Assembly (NCBI GenBank): GCA_950097015.1
Contig: CATNEN010000015.1
Span: 1,240,001-1,304,000 of the forward strand
Length of the DNA stretch: 64,000 bases
From: Macrostomum hystrix
Taxonomy: Eukaryota; Animalia; Platyhelminthes
Direction of reading: 5' to 3'
Shown here: positions 45,801 through 62,014 of the stretch, piece after piece
Position numbering within the stretch: the stretch's first letter is position 1
How the letters are laid out: every line of letters starts with the position of its first letter
Notes under the pieces: generated by a model
Seen by the model: only the letters and a program-made list of their open reading frames with translations
Told to the model about the DNA's origin: nothing
The model's database searches: none
Translations under genes and position numbers: made by a program

Positions 45801-48800
45801 CAGATAGAATCATCCCAGATCCTCAGATTCAGATAGAATCATCCCAGATCCTGAGATTCAGATAGAATCATTTCAGATCCTCATATTCAGATAGAATCAT
45901 CCCAGATCCTCAGATTCAGAGAGAATCATCCCAGATCCTCAGATTCAGATAGAATCATCCCAGATCCTCAGATTCAGATAGAATCATCCCAGATCCTCAT
46001 ATTCAGATAGAATCATCCCAGATCCTCAGATTCAGATAGAATCATCCCAGATCCTCAGATTCAGATAGAATCATCCCAGATCCTCATATTCAGATAGAAT
46101 CTTCCCAGATCCTGAGATTCAGATAGAATCATTTCAGATCCTCATATTCAGATAGAATCATCCCAGATCCTCAGAATCAGATAGAATCATCCCAGATCCT
46201 CAGAATCAGATAGAATCATCCCAGATCCTCGGATTCGGATAGAATCATCCGAAATCCTCAGATTCAGATAGAATCATCCCAGATCCTCAGAATCAGATAG
46301 AATCATCCCAGATCCTCAGATTCAGATAGAATCATCCCAGATCCTCATATTCAGATAGAATCATCCCAGATCCTCAGATTCAGATAGAATCATCCCAGAT
46401 CCTCAGATTCAGATAGAATCATCCCAGATCCTCAGATTCAGATAGAATCATTCCAGATCCTGAGATTCAGATAGAATCATTTCAGATCCTCAGATTCAGA
46501 TAGAATCATCCCAGATCCTCATATTCAGGTAGAATCATTTCAGATCCTCATATTCAGATAGAATCATCCCAGATCCTCAGAATCAGATAGAATCATCCCA
46601 GATCCTCATATTCAGATAGAATCATCCCAGATCCTCAGATTCAGATAGAATCATCCCAGATCCTCAGATTCAGATAGAATCATCCCAGATCCTCAGATTC
46701 AGATAGAATCATCCCAGATCCTCAGATTCGGATAGAATCATCCGAAATCCTCAGATTCAGATAGAATCATCCCAGATCCTCAGAATCAGATAGAATCATC
46801 CCAGATCCTCATATTCAGATAGAATCATCCCAGATCCTCAGATTCAGATAGAATCATCCCAGATCCTCAGATTCAGATAGAATCATCCCAGATCCTCAGA
46901 TTCAGATAGAATCATCCCAGATCCTCATATTCAGATAGAATCATCCCAGATCCTCAGATTCAGATAGAATCATCCCAGATCCTCAGATTCAGATAGAATC
47001 ATCCCAGATCCTCAGATTCAGATAGAATCATTCCAGATCCTGAGATTCAGATAGAATCATTTCAGATCCTCAGATTCAGATAGAATCATCCCAGATCCTC
47101 ATATTCAGGTAGAATCATTTCAGATCCTCATATTCAGATAGAATCATCCCAGATCCTCAGAATCAGATAGAATCATCCCAGATCCTCATATTCAGATAGA
47201 ATCATCCCAGATCCTCAGATTCAGATAGAATCATCCCAGATCCTCAGATTCAGATAGAATCATCCCAGATCCTCAGAATCAGATAGAATCATCCCAGATC
47301 CTCAGATTCAGATAGAATCATCCCAGATCCTCAGATTCAGATAGAATCATCCCAGATCCTCAGATTCGGATAGAATCATCCGAAATCCTCAGATTCAGAT
47401 AGAATCATCCCAGATCCTCAGAATCAGATAGAATCATCCCAGATCCTCATATTCAGATAGAATCATCCCAGATCCTCAGATTCAGATAGAATCATCCCAG
47501 ATCCTCAGATTCAGATAGAATCATCCCAGATCCTCAGATTCAGATAGAATCATCCCAGATCCTCATATTCAGATAGAATCATCCCAGATCCTCAGATTCA
47601 GATAGAATCATCCCAGATCCTCAGATTCAGATAGAATCATCCCAGATCCTCAGATTCAGATAGAATCATTCCAGATCCTGAGATTCAGATAGAATCATTT
47701 CAGATCCTCAGATTCAGATAGAAACATCCCAGATCCTCATATTCAGGTAGAATCATTTCAGATCCTCATATTCAGATAGAATCATCCCAGATCCTCAGAA
47801 TCAGATAGAATCATCCCAGATCCTCATATTCAGATAGAATCATCCCAGATCCTCAGATTCAGATAGAATCATCCCAGATCCTCAGATTCAGATAGAATCA
47901 TCCCAGATCCTCAGAATCAGATAGAATCATCCCAGATCCTCAGAATCAGATAGAATCATCCCAGATCCTCAGAAACAGATAGAATCATCCCAGATCCTCA
48001 CATTCAGATAGAATCATTTCAGATCCTGATATTCAGATAGAATCATCCCAGATCCTCAGATTCAGATAGAATCATCCCAGATCCTCATATTCAGATAGAA
48101 TCATCCCAGATCCTCAGATTCAGATAGAATCATCCCAGATCCTCAGATTCAGATAGAATCATCCCAGATCCTCATATTCAGATAGAATCATCCCAGATCC
48201 TCAGATTCAGATAGAATCATCCCAGATCCTCAGATTCAGATAGAATCATCCCAGATCCTGAGATTCAGATAGAATCATTTCAGATCCTCATATTCAGATA
48301 GAATCATCCCACATCCTCAGAATCAGATAGAATCATCCCAGATCCTCAGAATCAGATAGAATCATCCCAGATCCTCTGATTCAGATAGAATCATTCCAGA
48401 TCCTCAGATTCAGATAGAATCATCCCAGATCCTCAGATTCGGATAGAATCATCCGAAATCCTCAGATTCAGATAGAATCATCCCAGATCCTCAGAATCAG
48501 ATAGAATCATCCCAGATCCTCATATTCAGATAGAATCATCCCAGATCCTCAGAATCAGATAGAATCATCCCAGATCCTCATATTCAGATAGAATCATCCC
48601 AGATCCTCAGATTCAGATAGAATCATCCCAGATCCTCAGATTCAGATAGAATCATCCCAGATCCTCAGAATCAGATAGAATCATCCCAGATCCTCAGATT
48701 CAGATAGAATCATCCCAGATCCTCAGATTCAGATAGAATCATCCCAGATCCTCAGATTCGGATAGAATCATCCGAAATCCTCAGATTCAGATAGAATCAT

Positions 48801-51800
48801 CCCAGATCCTCAGAATCAGATAGAATCATCCCAGATCCTCATATTCAGATAGAATCATCCCAGATCCTCAGATTCAGATAGAATCATCCCAGATCCTCAG
48901 ATTCAGATAGAATCATCCCAGATCCTCAGATTCAGATAGAATCATCCCAGATCCTCATATTCAGATAGAATCATCCCAGATCCTCAGATTCAGATAGAAT
49001 CATCCCAGATCCTCAGATTCAGATAGAATCATCCCAGATCCTCAGATTCAGATAGAATCATTCCAGATCCTGAGATTCAGATAGAATCATTTCAGATCCT
49101 CAGATTCAGATAGAAACATCCCAGATCCTCATATTCAGGTAGAATCATTTCAGATCCTCATATTCAGATAGAATCATCCCAGATCCTCAGAATCAGATAG
49201 AATCATCCCAGATCCTCATATTCAGATAGAATCATCCCAGATCCTCAGATTCAGATAGAATCATCCCAGATCCTCAGATTCAGATAGAATCATCCCAGAT
49301 CCTCAGAATCAGATAGAATCATCCCAGATCCTCAGAATCAGATAGAATCATCCCAGATCCTCAGAAACAGATAGAATCATCCCAGATCCTCACATTCAGA
49401 TAGAATCATTTCAGATCCTGATATTCAGATAGAATCATCCCAGATCCTCAGATTCAGATAGAATCATCCCAGATCCTCATATTCAGATAGAATCATCCCA
49501 GATCCTCAGATTCAGATAGAATCATCCCAGATCCTCAGATTCAGATAGAATCATCCCAGATCCTCATATTCAGATAGAATCATCCCAGATCCTCAGATTC
49601 AGATAGAATCATCCCAGATCCTCAGATTCAGATAGAATCATCCCAGATCCTGAGATTCAGATAGAATCATTTCAGATCCTCATATTCAGATAGAATCATC
49701 CCACATCCTCAGAATCAGATAGAATCATCCCAGATCCTCAGAATCAGATAGAATCATCCCAGATCCTCTGATTCAGATAGAATCATTCCAGATCCTCAGA
49801 ATCAGATAGAATCATCCCAGATCCTCAGAATCAGATAGAATCATCCCAGATCCTCAGAATCAGATAGAATCATCCCAAATCCTCAGATTCAGATAGAATC
49901 ATTTCAGATCCTCATATTCAGATAGAATCATTTCAGATCCTCATATTCAGATAGAATCATCCCAGATCCTCAGATTCAGATAGAATCACAACAGATCCTC
50001 AGATTCAGATAGAATCATCCTAAATCCTCAGATTCAGATAGAATCATCCCAGATCCTCATATTCAGGTAGAATCATTTCAGATCCTCATATTCAGATAGA
50101 ATCATCCCAGATCCTCAGATTCAGATAGAATCATCCCAGATCCTCGGATTCGGATAGAATCATCCGAAATCCTCAGATTCAGATAGAATCATCCCAGATC
50201 CTCAGATTCAGATAGAATCATCCCAGATCCTCAGATTCAGATAGAATCATCCCAGATCCTGAGATTCAGATAGAATCATTTCAGATCCTCATATTCAGAT
50301 TGAATCATCCCAGATCCTCAGATTCAGATAGAATCATCCCAGATCCTCAGATTCAAATAGAATCATCCCAGATCCTCGGATTCGGATAGAATCATCCGAA
50401 ATCCTCAGATTCAGATAGAATCATCCCAGATCCTCAGATTCAGATAGAATCATCCCAGATCCTCATATTCAGATAGAATCATCCCAGATCCTCAGATTCA
50501 GATAGAATCATCCCAGATCCTCAGATTCAGATAGAATCATCCCAGATCCTCAGATTCAAATAGAATCATCCCAGATCCTCGGATTCGGATAGAATCATCC
50601 GAAATCCTCAGATTCAGATAGAATCATCCCAGATCCTCAGATTCAGATAGAATCATCCCAGATCCTCATATTCAGATAGAATCATCCCAGATCCTCAGAT
50701 TCAGATAGAATCATCCCAGATCCTCAGATTCAGATAGAATCATCCCAGATCCTCAGATTCAGATAGAATCATCCCAGATCCTGAGATTCAGATAGAATCA
50801 TTTCAGATCCTCATATTCAGATTGAATCATCCCAGATCCTCAGAATCAGATAGAATCATCCCAGATCCTCTGATTCAGATAGAATCATTCCAGATCCTCA
50901 GAATCAGATAGAATCATCCCAGATCCTCAGAATCAGATAGAATCATCCCAGATCCTCATATTCAGATAGAATCATCCCAGATCCCCCGATTCAGATAGAA
51001 TCATGCCAGATCCTCAGATTCAGATAGAATCATCCCAGATCCTGAGATTCAGATAGAATCATTTCAGATCCTCTGATTCAGATAGAATCATTCCAGATCC
51101 TCAGAATCAGATAGAATCATCCCAGATCCTCAGAATCAGATAGAATCATCCCAGATCCTCAGAATCAGATAGAATCATCCCAGATCCTCAGAATCAGATA
51201 GAATCATCCCAGATCCTCAGAATCAGATAGAATCATCCCAGATCCTCATATTCAGATAGAATCATTTCAGATCCTGATATTCAGATAGAATCATCCCAGA
51301 TCCTCAGATTCAGATAGAATCATCCCAGATCCTCATATTCAGATAGAATCATCCCAGATCCTCAGATTCAGATAGAATCATCCCAGATCCTCAGATTCAG
51401 ATAGAATCATCCCAGATCCTCAGATTCAGATAGAATCATCCCAGATCCTGAGATTCAGATAGAATCATTTCAGATCCTCATATTCAGATAGAATCATCCC
51501 AGATCCTCAGATTCAGAGAGAATCATCCCAGATCCTCAGATTCAGATAGAATCATCCCAGATCCTCAGATTCAGATAGAATCATCCCAGATCCTCATATT
51601 CAGATAGAATCATCCCAGATCCTCAGATTCAGATAGAATCATCCCAGATCCTCAGATTCAGATAGAATCATCCCAGATCCTCATATTCAGATAGAATCTT
51701 CCCAGATCCTGAGATTCAGATAGAATCATTTCAGATCCTCATATTCAGATAGAATCATCCCAGATCCTCAGAATCAGATAGAATCATCCCAGATCCTCAG

Positions 51801-54800
51801 AATCAGATAGAATCATCCCAGATCCTCGGATTCGGATAGAATCATCCGAAATCCTCAGATTCAGATAGAATCATCCCAGATCCTCAGAATCAGATAGAAT
51901 CATCCCAGATCCTCAGATTCAGATAGAATCATCCCAGATCCTCATATTCAGGTAGAATCATTTCAGATCCTCATATTCAGATAGAATCATCCCAGATCCT
52001 CAGAATCAGATAGAATCATCCCAGATCCTCATATTCAGATAGAATCATCCCAGATCCTCAGATTCAGATAGAATCATCCCAGATCCTCAGATTCAGATAG
52101 AATCATCCCAGATCCTCAGATTCAGATAGAATCATCCCAGATCCTCAGATTCGGATAGAATCATCCGAAATCCTCAGATTCAGATAGAATCATCCCAGAT
52201 CCTCAGAATCAGATAGAATCATCCCAGATCCTCATATTCAGATAGAATCATCCCAGATCCTCAGATTCAGATAGAATCATCCCAGATCCTCAGATTCAGA
52301 TAGAATCATCCCAGATCCTCAGATTCAGATAGAATCATCCCAGATCCTCATATTCAGATAGAATCATCCCAGATCCTCAGATTCAGATAGAATCATCCCA
52401 GATCCTCAGATTCAGATAGAATCATCCCAGATCCTCAGATTCAGATAGAATCATTCCAGATCCTGAGATTCAGATAGAATCATTTCAGATCCTCAGATTC
52501 AGATAGAATCATCCCAGATCCTCATATTCAGGTAGAATCATTTCAGATCCTCATATTCAGATAGAATCATCCCAGATCCTCAGAATCAGATAGAATCATC
52601 CCAGATCCTCATATTCAGATAGAATCATCCCAGATCCTCAGATTCAGATAGAATCATCCCAGATCCTCAGATTCAGATAGAATCATCCCAGATCCTCAGA
52701 ATCAGATAGAATCATCCCAGATCCTCAGAATCAGATAGAATCATCCCAGATCCTCAGAAACAGATAGAATCATCCCAGATCCTCACATTCAGATAGAATC
52801 ATTTCAGATCCTGATATTCAGATAGAATCATCCCAGATCCTCAGATTCAGATAGAATCATCCCAGATCCCCCGATTCAGATAGAATCATGCCAGATCCTC
52901 AGATTCAGATAGAATCATCCCAGATCCTGAGATTCAGATAGAATCATTTCAGATCCTCTGATTCAGATAGAATCATTCCAGATCCTCAGAATCAGATAGA
53001 ATCATCCCAGATCCTCAGAATCAGATAGAATCATCCCAGATCCTCAGAATCAGATAGAATCATCCCAGATCCTCAGAATCAGATAGAATCATCCCAGATC
53101 CTCAGAATCAGATAGAATCATCCCAGATCCTCATATTCAGATAGAATCATTTCAGATCCTGATATTCAGATAGAATCATCCCAGATCCTCAGATTCAGAT
53201 AGAATCATCCCAGATCCTGATATTCAGATAGAATCATCCCAGATCCTCAGATTCAGATAGAATCATCCCAGATCCTCAGATTCAGATAGAATCATCCCAG
53301 ATCCTCAGATTCAGATAGAATCATCCCAGATCCTGAGATTCAGATAGAATCATTTCAGATCCTCATATTCAGATAGAATCATCCCAGATCCTCAGATTCA
53401 GAGAGAATCATCCCAGATCCTCAGATTCAGATAGAATCATCCCAGATCCTCAGATTCAGATAGAATCATCCCAGATCCTCATATTCAGATAGAATCATCC
53501 CAGATCCTCAGATTCAGATAGAATCATCCCAGATCCTCAGATTCAGATAGAATCATCCCAGATCCTCATATTCAGATAGAATCTTCCCAGATCCTGAGAT
53601 TCAGATAGAATCATTTCAGATCCTCATATTCAGATAGAATCATCCCAGATCCTCAGAATCAGATAGAATCATCCCAGATCCTCAGAATCAGATAGAATCA
53701 TCCCAGATCCTCGGATTCGGATAGAATCATCCGAAATCCTCAGATTCAGATAGAATCATCCCAGATCCTCAGAATCAGATAGAATCATCCCAGATCCTCA
53801 GATTCAGATAGAATCATCCCAGATCCTCATATTCAGATAGAATCATCCCAGATCCTCAGATTCAGATAGAATCATCCCAGATCCTCAGATTCAGATAGAA
53901 TCATCCCAGATCCTCAGATTCAGATAGAATCATTCCAGATCCTGAGATTCAGATAGAATCATTTCAGATCCTCAGATTCAGATAGAATCATCCCAGATCC
54001 TCATATTCAGGTAGAATCATTTCAGATCCTCATATTCAGATAGAATCATCCCAGATCCTCAGAATCAGATAGAATCATCCCAGATCCTCATATTCAGATA
54101 GAATCATCCCAGATCCTCAGATTCAGATAGAATCATCCCAGATCCTCAGATTCAGATAGAATCATCCCAGATCCTCAGATTCAGATAGAATCATCCCAGA
54201 TCCTCAGATTCGGATAGAATCATCCGAAATCCTCAGATTCAGATAGAATCATCCCAGATCCTCAGAATCAGATAGAATCATCCCAGATCCTCATATTCAG
54301 ATAGAATCATCCCAGATCCTCAGATTCAGATAGAATCATCCCAGATCCTCAGATTCAGATAGAATCATCCCAGATCCTCAGATTCAGATAGAATCATCCC
54401 AGATCCTCATATTCAGATAGAATCATCCCAGATCCTCAGATTCAGATAGAATCATCCCAGATCCTCAGATTCAGATAGAATCATCCCAGATCCTCAGATT
54501 CAGATAGAATCATTCCAGATCCTGAGATTCAGATAGAATCATTTCAGATCCTCAGATTCAGATAGAATCATCCCAGATCCTCATATTCAGGTAGAATCAT
54601 TTCAGATCCTCATATTCAGATAGAATCATCCCAGATCCTCAGAATCAGATAGAATCATCCCAGATCCTCATATTCAGATAGAATCATCCCAGATCCTCAG
54701 ATTCAGATAGAATCATCCCAGATCCTCAGATTCAGATAGAATCATCCCAGATCCTCAGAATCAGATAGAATCATCCCAGATCCTGAGATTCAGATAGAAT

Positions 54801-57800
54801 CATTTCAGATCCTCATATTCAGATAGAATCATCCCAGATCCTCAGATTCAGAGAGAATCATCCCAGATCCTCAGATTCAGATAGAATCATCCCAGATCCT
54901 CAGATTCAGATAGAATCATCCCAGATCCTCATATTCAGATAGAATCATCCCAGATCCTCAGATTCAGATAGAATCATCCCAGATCCTCAGATTCAGATAG
55001 AATCATCCCAGATCCTCATATTCAGATAGAATCTTCCCAGATCCTGAGATTCAGATAGAATCATTTCAGATCCTCATATTCAGATAGAATCATCCCAGAT
55101 CCTCAGAATCAGATAGAATCATCCCAGATCCTCAGAATCAGATAGAATCATCCCAGATCCTCGGATTCGGATAGAATCATCCGAAATCCTCAGATTCAGA
55201 TAGAATCATCCCAGATCCTCAGAATCAGATAGAATCATCCCAGATCCTCAGATTCAGATAGAATCATCCCAGATCCTCATATTCAGATAGAATCATCCCA
55301 GATCCTCAGATTCAGATAGAATCATCCCAGATCCTCAGATTCAGATAGAATCATCCCAGATCCTCAGATTCAGATAGAATCATTCCAGATCCTGAGATTC
55401 AGATAGAATCATTTCAGATCCTCAGATTCAGATAGAATCATCCCAGATCCTCATATTCAGGTAGAATCATTTCAGATCCTCATATTCAGATAGAATCATC
55501 CCAGATCCTCAGAATCAGATAGAATCATCCCAGATCCTCATATTCAGATAGAATCATCTCAGATCCTCAGATTCAGATAGAATCATCCCAGATCCTCAGA
55601 TTCAGATAGAATCATCCCAGATCCTCAGATTCAGATAGAATCATCCCAGATCCTCAGATTCGGATAGAATCATCCGAAATCCTCAGATTCAGATAGAATC
55701 ATCCCAGATCCTCAGAATCAGATAGAATCATCCCAGATCCTCATATTCAGATAGAATCATCCCAGATCCTCAGATTCAGATAGAATCATCCCAGATCCTC
55801 AGATTCAGATAGAATCATCCCAGATCCTCAGATTCAGATAGAATCATCCCAGATCCTCATATTCAGATAGAATCATCCCAGATCCTCAGATTCAGATAGA
55901 ATCATCCCAGATCCTCAGATTCAGATAGAATCATCCCAGATCCTCAGATTCAGATAGAATCATTCCAGATCCTGAGATTCAGATAGAATCATTTCAGATC
56001 CTCAGATTCAGATAGAATCATCCCAGATCCTCATATTCAGGTAGAATCATTTCAGATCCTCATATTCAGATAGAATCATCCCAGATCCTCAGAATCAGAT
56101 AGAATCATCCCAGATCCTCATATTCAGATAGAATCATCCCAGATCCTCAGATTCAGATAGAATCATCCCAGATCCTCAGATTCAGATAGAATCATCCCAG
56201 ATCCTCAGAATCAGATAGAATCATCCCAGATCCTCAGAATCAGATAGAATCATCCCAGATCCTCAGAAACAGATAGAATCATCCCAGATCCTCACATTCA
56301 GATAGAATCATTTCAGATCCTGATATTCAGATAGAATCATCCCAGATCCTCAGATTCAGATAGAATCATCCCAGATCCTCATATTCAGATAGAATCATCC
56401 CAGATCCTCAGATTCAGATAGAATCATCCCAGATCCTCAGATTCAGATAGAATCATCCCAGATCCTCATATTCAGATAGAATCATCCCAGATCCTCAGAT
56501 TCAGATAGAATCATCCCAGATCCTCAGATTCAGATAGAATCATCCCAGATCCTGAGATTCAGATAGAATCATTTCAGATCCTCATATTCAGATAGAATCA
56601 TCCCACATCCTCAGAATCAGATAGAATCATCCCAGATCCTCAGAATCAGATAGAATCATCCCAGATCCTCTGATTCAGATAGAATCATTCCAGATCCTCA
56701 GAATCAGATAGAATCATCCCAGATCCTCAGAATCAGATAGAATCATCCCAGATCCTCAGAATCAGATAGAATCATCCCAGATCCTCAGATTCAGATAGAA
56801 TCATTTCAGATCCTCATATTCAGATAGAATCATTTCAGATCCTCATATTCAGATAGAATCATCCCAGATCCTCAGATTCAGATAGAATCACAACAGATCC
56901 TCAGATTCAGATAGAATCATCCTAAATCCTCAGATTCAGATAGAATCATCCCAGATCCTCATATTCAGGTAGAATCATTTCAGATCCTCATATTCAGATA
57001 GAATCATCCCAGATCCTCAGATTCAGATAGAATCATCCCAGATCCTCAGATTCAAATAGAATCATCCCAGATCCTCGGATTCGGATAGAATCATCCGAAA
57101 TCCTCAGATTCAGATAGAATCATCCCAGATCCTCAGATTCAGATAGAATCATCCCAGATCCTCATATTCAGATAGAATCATCCCAGATCCTCAGATTCAG
57201 ATAGAATCATCCCAGATCCTCAGATTCAGATAGAATCATCCCAGATCCTCAGATTCAGATAGAATCATCCCAGATCCTGAGATTCAGATAGAATCATTTC
57301 AGATCCTCATATTCAGATTGAATCATCCCAGATCCTCAGAATCAGATAGAATCATCCCAGATCCTCTGATTCAGATAGAATCATTCCAGATCCTCAGAAT
57401 CAGATAGAATCATCCCAGATCCTCAGAATCAGATAGAATCATCCCAGATCCTCATATTCAGATAGAATCATCCCAGATCCCCCGATTCAGATAGAATCAT
57501 GCCAGATCCTCAGATTCAGATAGAATCATCCCAGATCCTGAGATTCAGATAGAATCATTTCAGATCCTCTGATTCAGATAGAATCATTCCAGATCCTCAG
57601 AATCAGATAGAATCATCCCAGATCCTCAGAATCAGATAGAATCATCCCAGATCCTCAGAATCAGATAGAATCATCCCAGATCCTCAGAATCAGATAGAAT
57701 CATCCCAGATCCTCAGAATCAGATAGAATCATCCCAGATCCTCATATTCAGATAGAATCATTTCAGATCCTGATATTCAGATAGAATCATCCCAGATCCT

Positions 57801-60800
57801 CAGATTCAGATAGAATCATCCCAGATCCTCATATTCAGATAGAATCATCCCAGATCCTCAGATTCAGATAGAATCATCCCAGATCCTCAGATTCAGATAG
57901 AATCATCCCAGATCCTCAGATTCAGATAGAATCATCCCAGATCCTGAGATTCAGATAGAATCATTTCAGATCCTCATATTCAGATAGAATCATCCCAGAT
58001 CCTCAGATTCAGAGAGAATCATCCCAGATCCTCAGATTCAGATAGAATCATCCCAGATCCTCAGATTCAGATAGAATCATCCCAGATCCTCATATTCAGA
58101 TAGAATCATCCCAGATCCTCAGATTCAGATAGAATCATCCCAGATCCTCAGATTCAGATAGAATCATCCCAGATCCTCATATTCAGATAGAATCTTCCCA
58201 GATCCTGAGATTCAGATAGAATCATTTCAGATCCTCATATTCAGATAGAATCATCCCAGATCCTCAGAATCAGATAGAATCATCCCAGATCCTCAGAATC
58301 AGATAGAATCATCCCAGATCCTCGGATTCGGATAGAATCATCCGAAATCCTCAGATTCAGATAGAATCATCCCAGATCCTCAGAATCAGATAGAATCATC
58401 CCAGATCCTCAGATTCAGATAGAATCATCCCAGATCCTCATATTCAGATAGAATCATCCCAGATCCTCAGATTCAGATAGAATCATCCCAGATCCTCAGA
58501 TTCAGATAGAATCATCCCAGATCCTCAGATTCAGATAGAATCATTCCAGATCCTGAGATTCAGATAGAATCATTTCAGATCCTCAGATTCAGATAGAATC
58601 ATCCCAGATCCTCATATTCAGGTAGAATCATTTCAGATCCTCATATTCAGATAGAATCATCCCAGATCCTCAGAATCAGATAGAATCATCCCAGATCCTC
58701 ATATTCAGATAGAATCATCCCAGATCCTCAGATTCAGATAGAATCATCCCAGATCCTCAGATTCAGATAGAATCATCCCAGATCCTCAGATTCAGATAGA
58801 ATCATCCCAGATCCTCAGATTCGGATAGAATCATCCGAAATCCTCAGATTCAGATAGAATCATCCCAGATCCTCAGATTCAGATAGAATCATTCCAGATC
58901 CTGAGATTCAGATAGAATCATTTCAGATCCTCAGATTCAGATAGAATCATCCCAGATCCTCATATTCAGGTAGAATCATTTCAGATCCTCATATTCAGAT
59001 AGAATCATCCCAGATCCTCAGAATCAGATAGAATCATCCCAGATCCTCATATTCAGATAGAATCATCCCAGATCCTCAGATTCAGATAGAATCATCCCAG
59101 ATCCTCAGATTCAGATAGAATCATCCCAGATCCTCAGAATCAGATAGAATCATCCCAGATCCTCAGAATCAGATATAATCATCCCAGATCCTCAGAAACA
59201 GATAGAATCATCCCAGATCCTCACATTCAGATAGAATCATTTCAGATCCTGATATTCAGATAGAATCATCCCAGATCCTCAGATTCAGATAGAATCATCC
59301 CAGATCCTCATATTCAGATAGAATCATCCCAGATCCTCAGATTCAGATAGAATCATCCCAGATCCTCATATTCAGATAGAATCATCCCAGATCCTCAGAA
59401 TCAGATAGAATCATCCCAGATCCTCAGAATCAGATAGAATCATCCCAGATCCTCATATTCAGATAGAATCATCCCAGATCCCCCGATTCAGATAGAATCA
59501 TGCCAGATCCTCAGATTCAGATAGAATCATCCCAGATCCTGAGATTCAGATAGAATAATTTCAGATCCTCTGATTCAGATAGAATCATTCCAGATCCTCA
59601 GAATCAGATAGAATCATCCCAGATCCTCAGAATCAGATAGAATCATCCCAGATCCTCAGAATCAGATAGAATCATCCCAGATCCTCAGAATCAGATAGAA
59701 TCATCCCAGATCCTCAGAATCAGATAGAATCATCCCAGATCCTCATATTCAGATAGAATCATTTCAGATCCTGATATTCAGATAGAATCATCCCAGATCC
59801 TCAGATTCAGATAGAATCATCCCAGATCCTCATATTCAGATAGAATCATCCCAGATCCTCAGATTCAGATAGAATCATCCCAGATCCTCAGATTCAGATA
59901 GAATCATCCCAGATCCTCAGATTCAGATAGAATCATCCCAGATCCTGAGATTCAGATAGAATCATTTCAGATCCTCATATTCAGATAGAATCATCCCAGA
60001 TCCTCAGATTCAGAGAGAATCATCCCAGATCCTCAGATTCAGATAGAATCATCCCAGATCCTCAGATTCAGATAGAATCATCCCAGATCCTCATATTCAG
60101 ATAGAATCATCCCAGATCCTCAGATTCAGATAGAATCATCCCAGATCCTCAGATTCAGATAGAATCATCCCAGATCCTCATATTCAGATAGAATCTTCCC
60201 AGATCCTGAGATTCAGATAGAATCATTTCAGATCCTCATATTCAGATAGAATCATCCCAGATCCTCAGAATCAGATAGAATCATCCCAGATCCTCAGAAT
60301 CAGATAGAATCATCCCAGATCCTCGGATTCGGATAGAATCATCCGAAATCCTCAGATTCAGATAGAATCATCCCAGATCCTCAGAATCAGATAGAATCAT
60401 CCCAGATCCTCATATTCAGATAGAATCATCCCAGATCCTCAGATTCAGATAGAATCATCCCAGATCCTCAGATTCAGATAGAATCATCCCAGATCCTGAG
60501 ATTCAGATAGAATCATTTCAGATCCTGATATTCAGATAGAATCATCCCAGATCCTCAGAATCAGATAGAATCATCCCAGATCCTCAGAATCAGATAGAAT
60601 CATCCCAGATCCTCTGATTCAGATAGAATCATTCCAGATCCTCAGAATCAGATAGAATCATCCCAGATCCTCAGAATCAGATAGAATCATCCCAGATCCT
60701 CAGAATCAGATAGAATCATTCCAGATCCTCGGATTCGGATAGAATCATCCCAGATCCTCAGAATCAGATAGAATCATCCCAGATCCTCAGAATCAGATAG

Positions 60801-61385
60801 AATCATCCCAGATCCTCTGATTCAGATAGAATCATTCCAGATCCTCAGAATCAGATAGAATCATCCCAGATCCTCAGAATCAGATAGAATCATCCCAGAT
60901 CCTCAGAATCAGATAGAATCATCCCAGATCCTCAGAATCAGATAGAATCATCCCAGATCCTCTGATTCAGATAGAATCATTCCAGATCCTCGGATTCGGA
61001 TAGAATCATCCCAGATCCTCAGAATCAGATAGAATCATCCCAGATCCTCAGATTCAGATAGAATCATCCCAGATCCTCAGATTCAGATAGAATCATCCCA
61101 GATCCTCAGATTCAGATAGAATCATCCCAGATCCTGAGATTCAGATAGAATCATTTCAGATCCTCTGATTCAGATAGAATCATTCCAGATCCTCAGAATC
61201 AGATAGAATCATCCCAGATCCTCAGAATCAGATAGAATCATCCCAGATCCTCAGAATCAGATAGAATCATCCCAGATCCTCGGATTCGGATAGAATCATC
61301 CGAAATCCTCAGATTCAGATAGAATCATCCCAGATCCTCAGATTCAGATAGAATCATCCTAGATCCTCAGATTCATATAGAAATC
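42847..61385. repeat. 29-bp satellite (~640 monomers, ~18.5 kb) with higher-order structure
   Basis: (TAGAATCATCCCAGATCCTCAGATTCAGA)n; recurrent variant monomers at multiples of 29 bp. Confidence 0.98.
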
Positions 61386-61464
61386 TCCCAGATCATTCGT
61401 GATGGGAGTTCGTATTCGTGATGGGAGTTCGTATTCGTGATGAGGGTATTTTGTCTGTAATCAG

Positions 61465-61834
61465 GTCGCATCGAGCGCCTAGAAACTGAGCGCCAGCACC
61501 TGGAAGATCGGGTTCGCCTGCTCGAGTCCCAGCTGACTGAGCATTTGTCATCAGCATCGACCTCCGCTGCCGCTGCTTCGGCTGCCCAGTTGGAGAGTTC
61601 AACGCTCTCGGCACTCAGCTCCGGCGCCGAGGAGCTGCGCAGTCTTCGAGCCAAGCTGGACAGCTCGGAGTCTCGATCAGCTGAGTTGTCAGCCCGCCTG
61701 GAATCGGCTCTGGCCCGGCTGGAATCTGATCGGGAGGAGCGGCAGCAACTGGAGGAGTCTTATCAGCGCCAGCTGGCTGCTGAGCGAGCCGCTGCCGAGC
61801 TGTCCAAGGCAACAGCTGATGAGCAGATGAGCAA
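61465..61834 (+). CDS. TPR: Nucleoprotein TPR (Megator/Mlp) internal exon
   Basis: TAATCAG|GT acceptor; coiled-coil RIERLETERQHLEDRV...ERQQLEESYQRQLAAERAAAELSKATADEQMSK; AA|GTGAGA donor in phase with the next exon. Confidence 0.75.
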
Positions 61835-62014
61835 GTGAGATTTCGCAATTGTCTGCTCTTAATTAGATTGTCCTTCTGTGTGTTTGGTTTTCTGTATTTC
61901 ACGGTAGTGTCATTGTCTCTAATATACAGCATTATGTATCATTTACTCAAGCCTTATTGTAGTCTGTTCTGCTTTGCCGTGTGTGCCTCTGGGAACAGAC
62001 TGTGCAGTCTGAAC

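Noticed and set aside
42847-61385. Possible CRISPR array (29-bp repeat)
   Set aside because: Monomers are contiguous with no unique spacers, there are no cas genes, and the context is eukaryotic.
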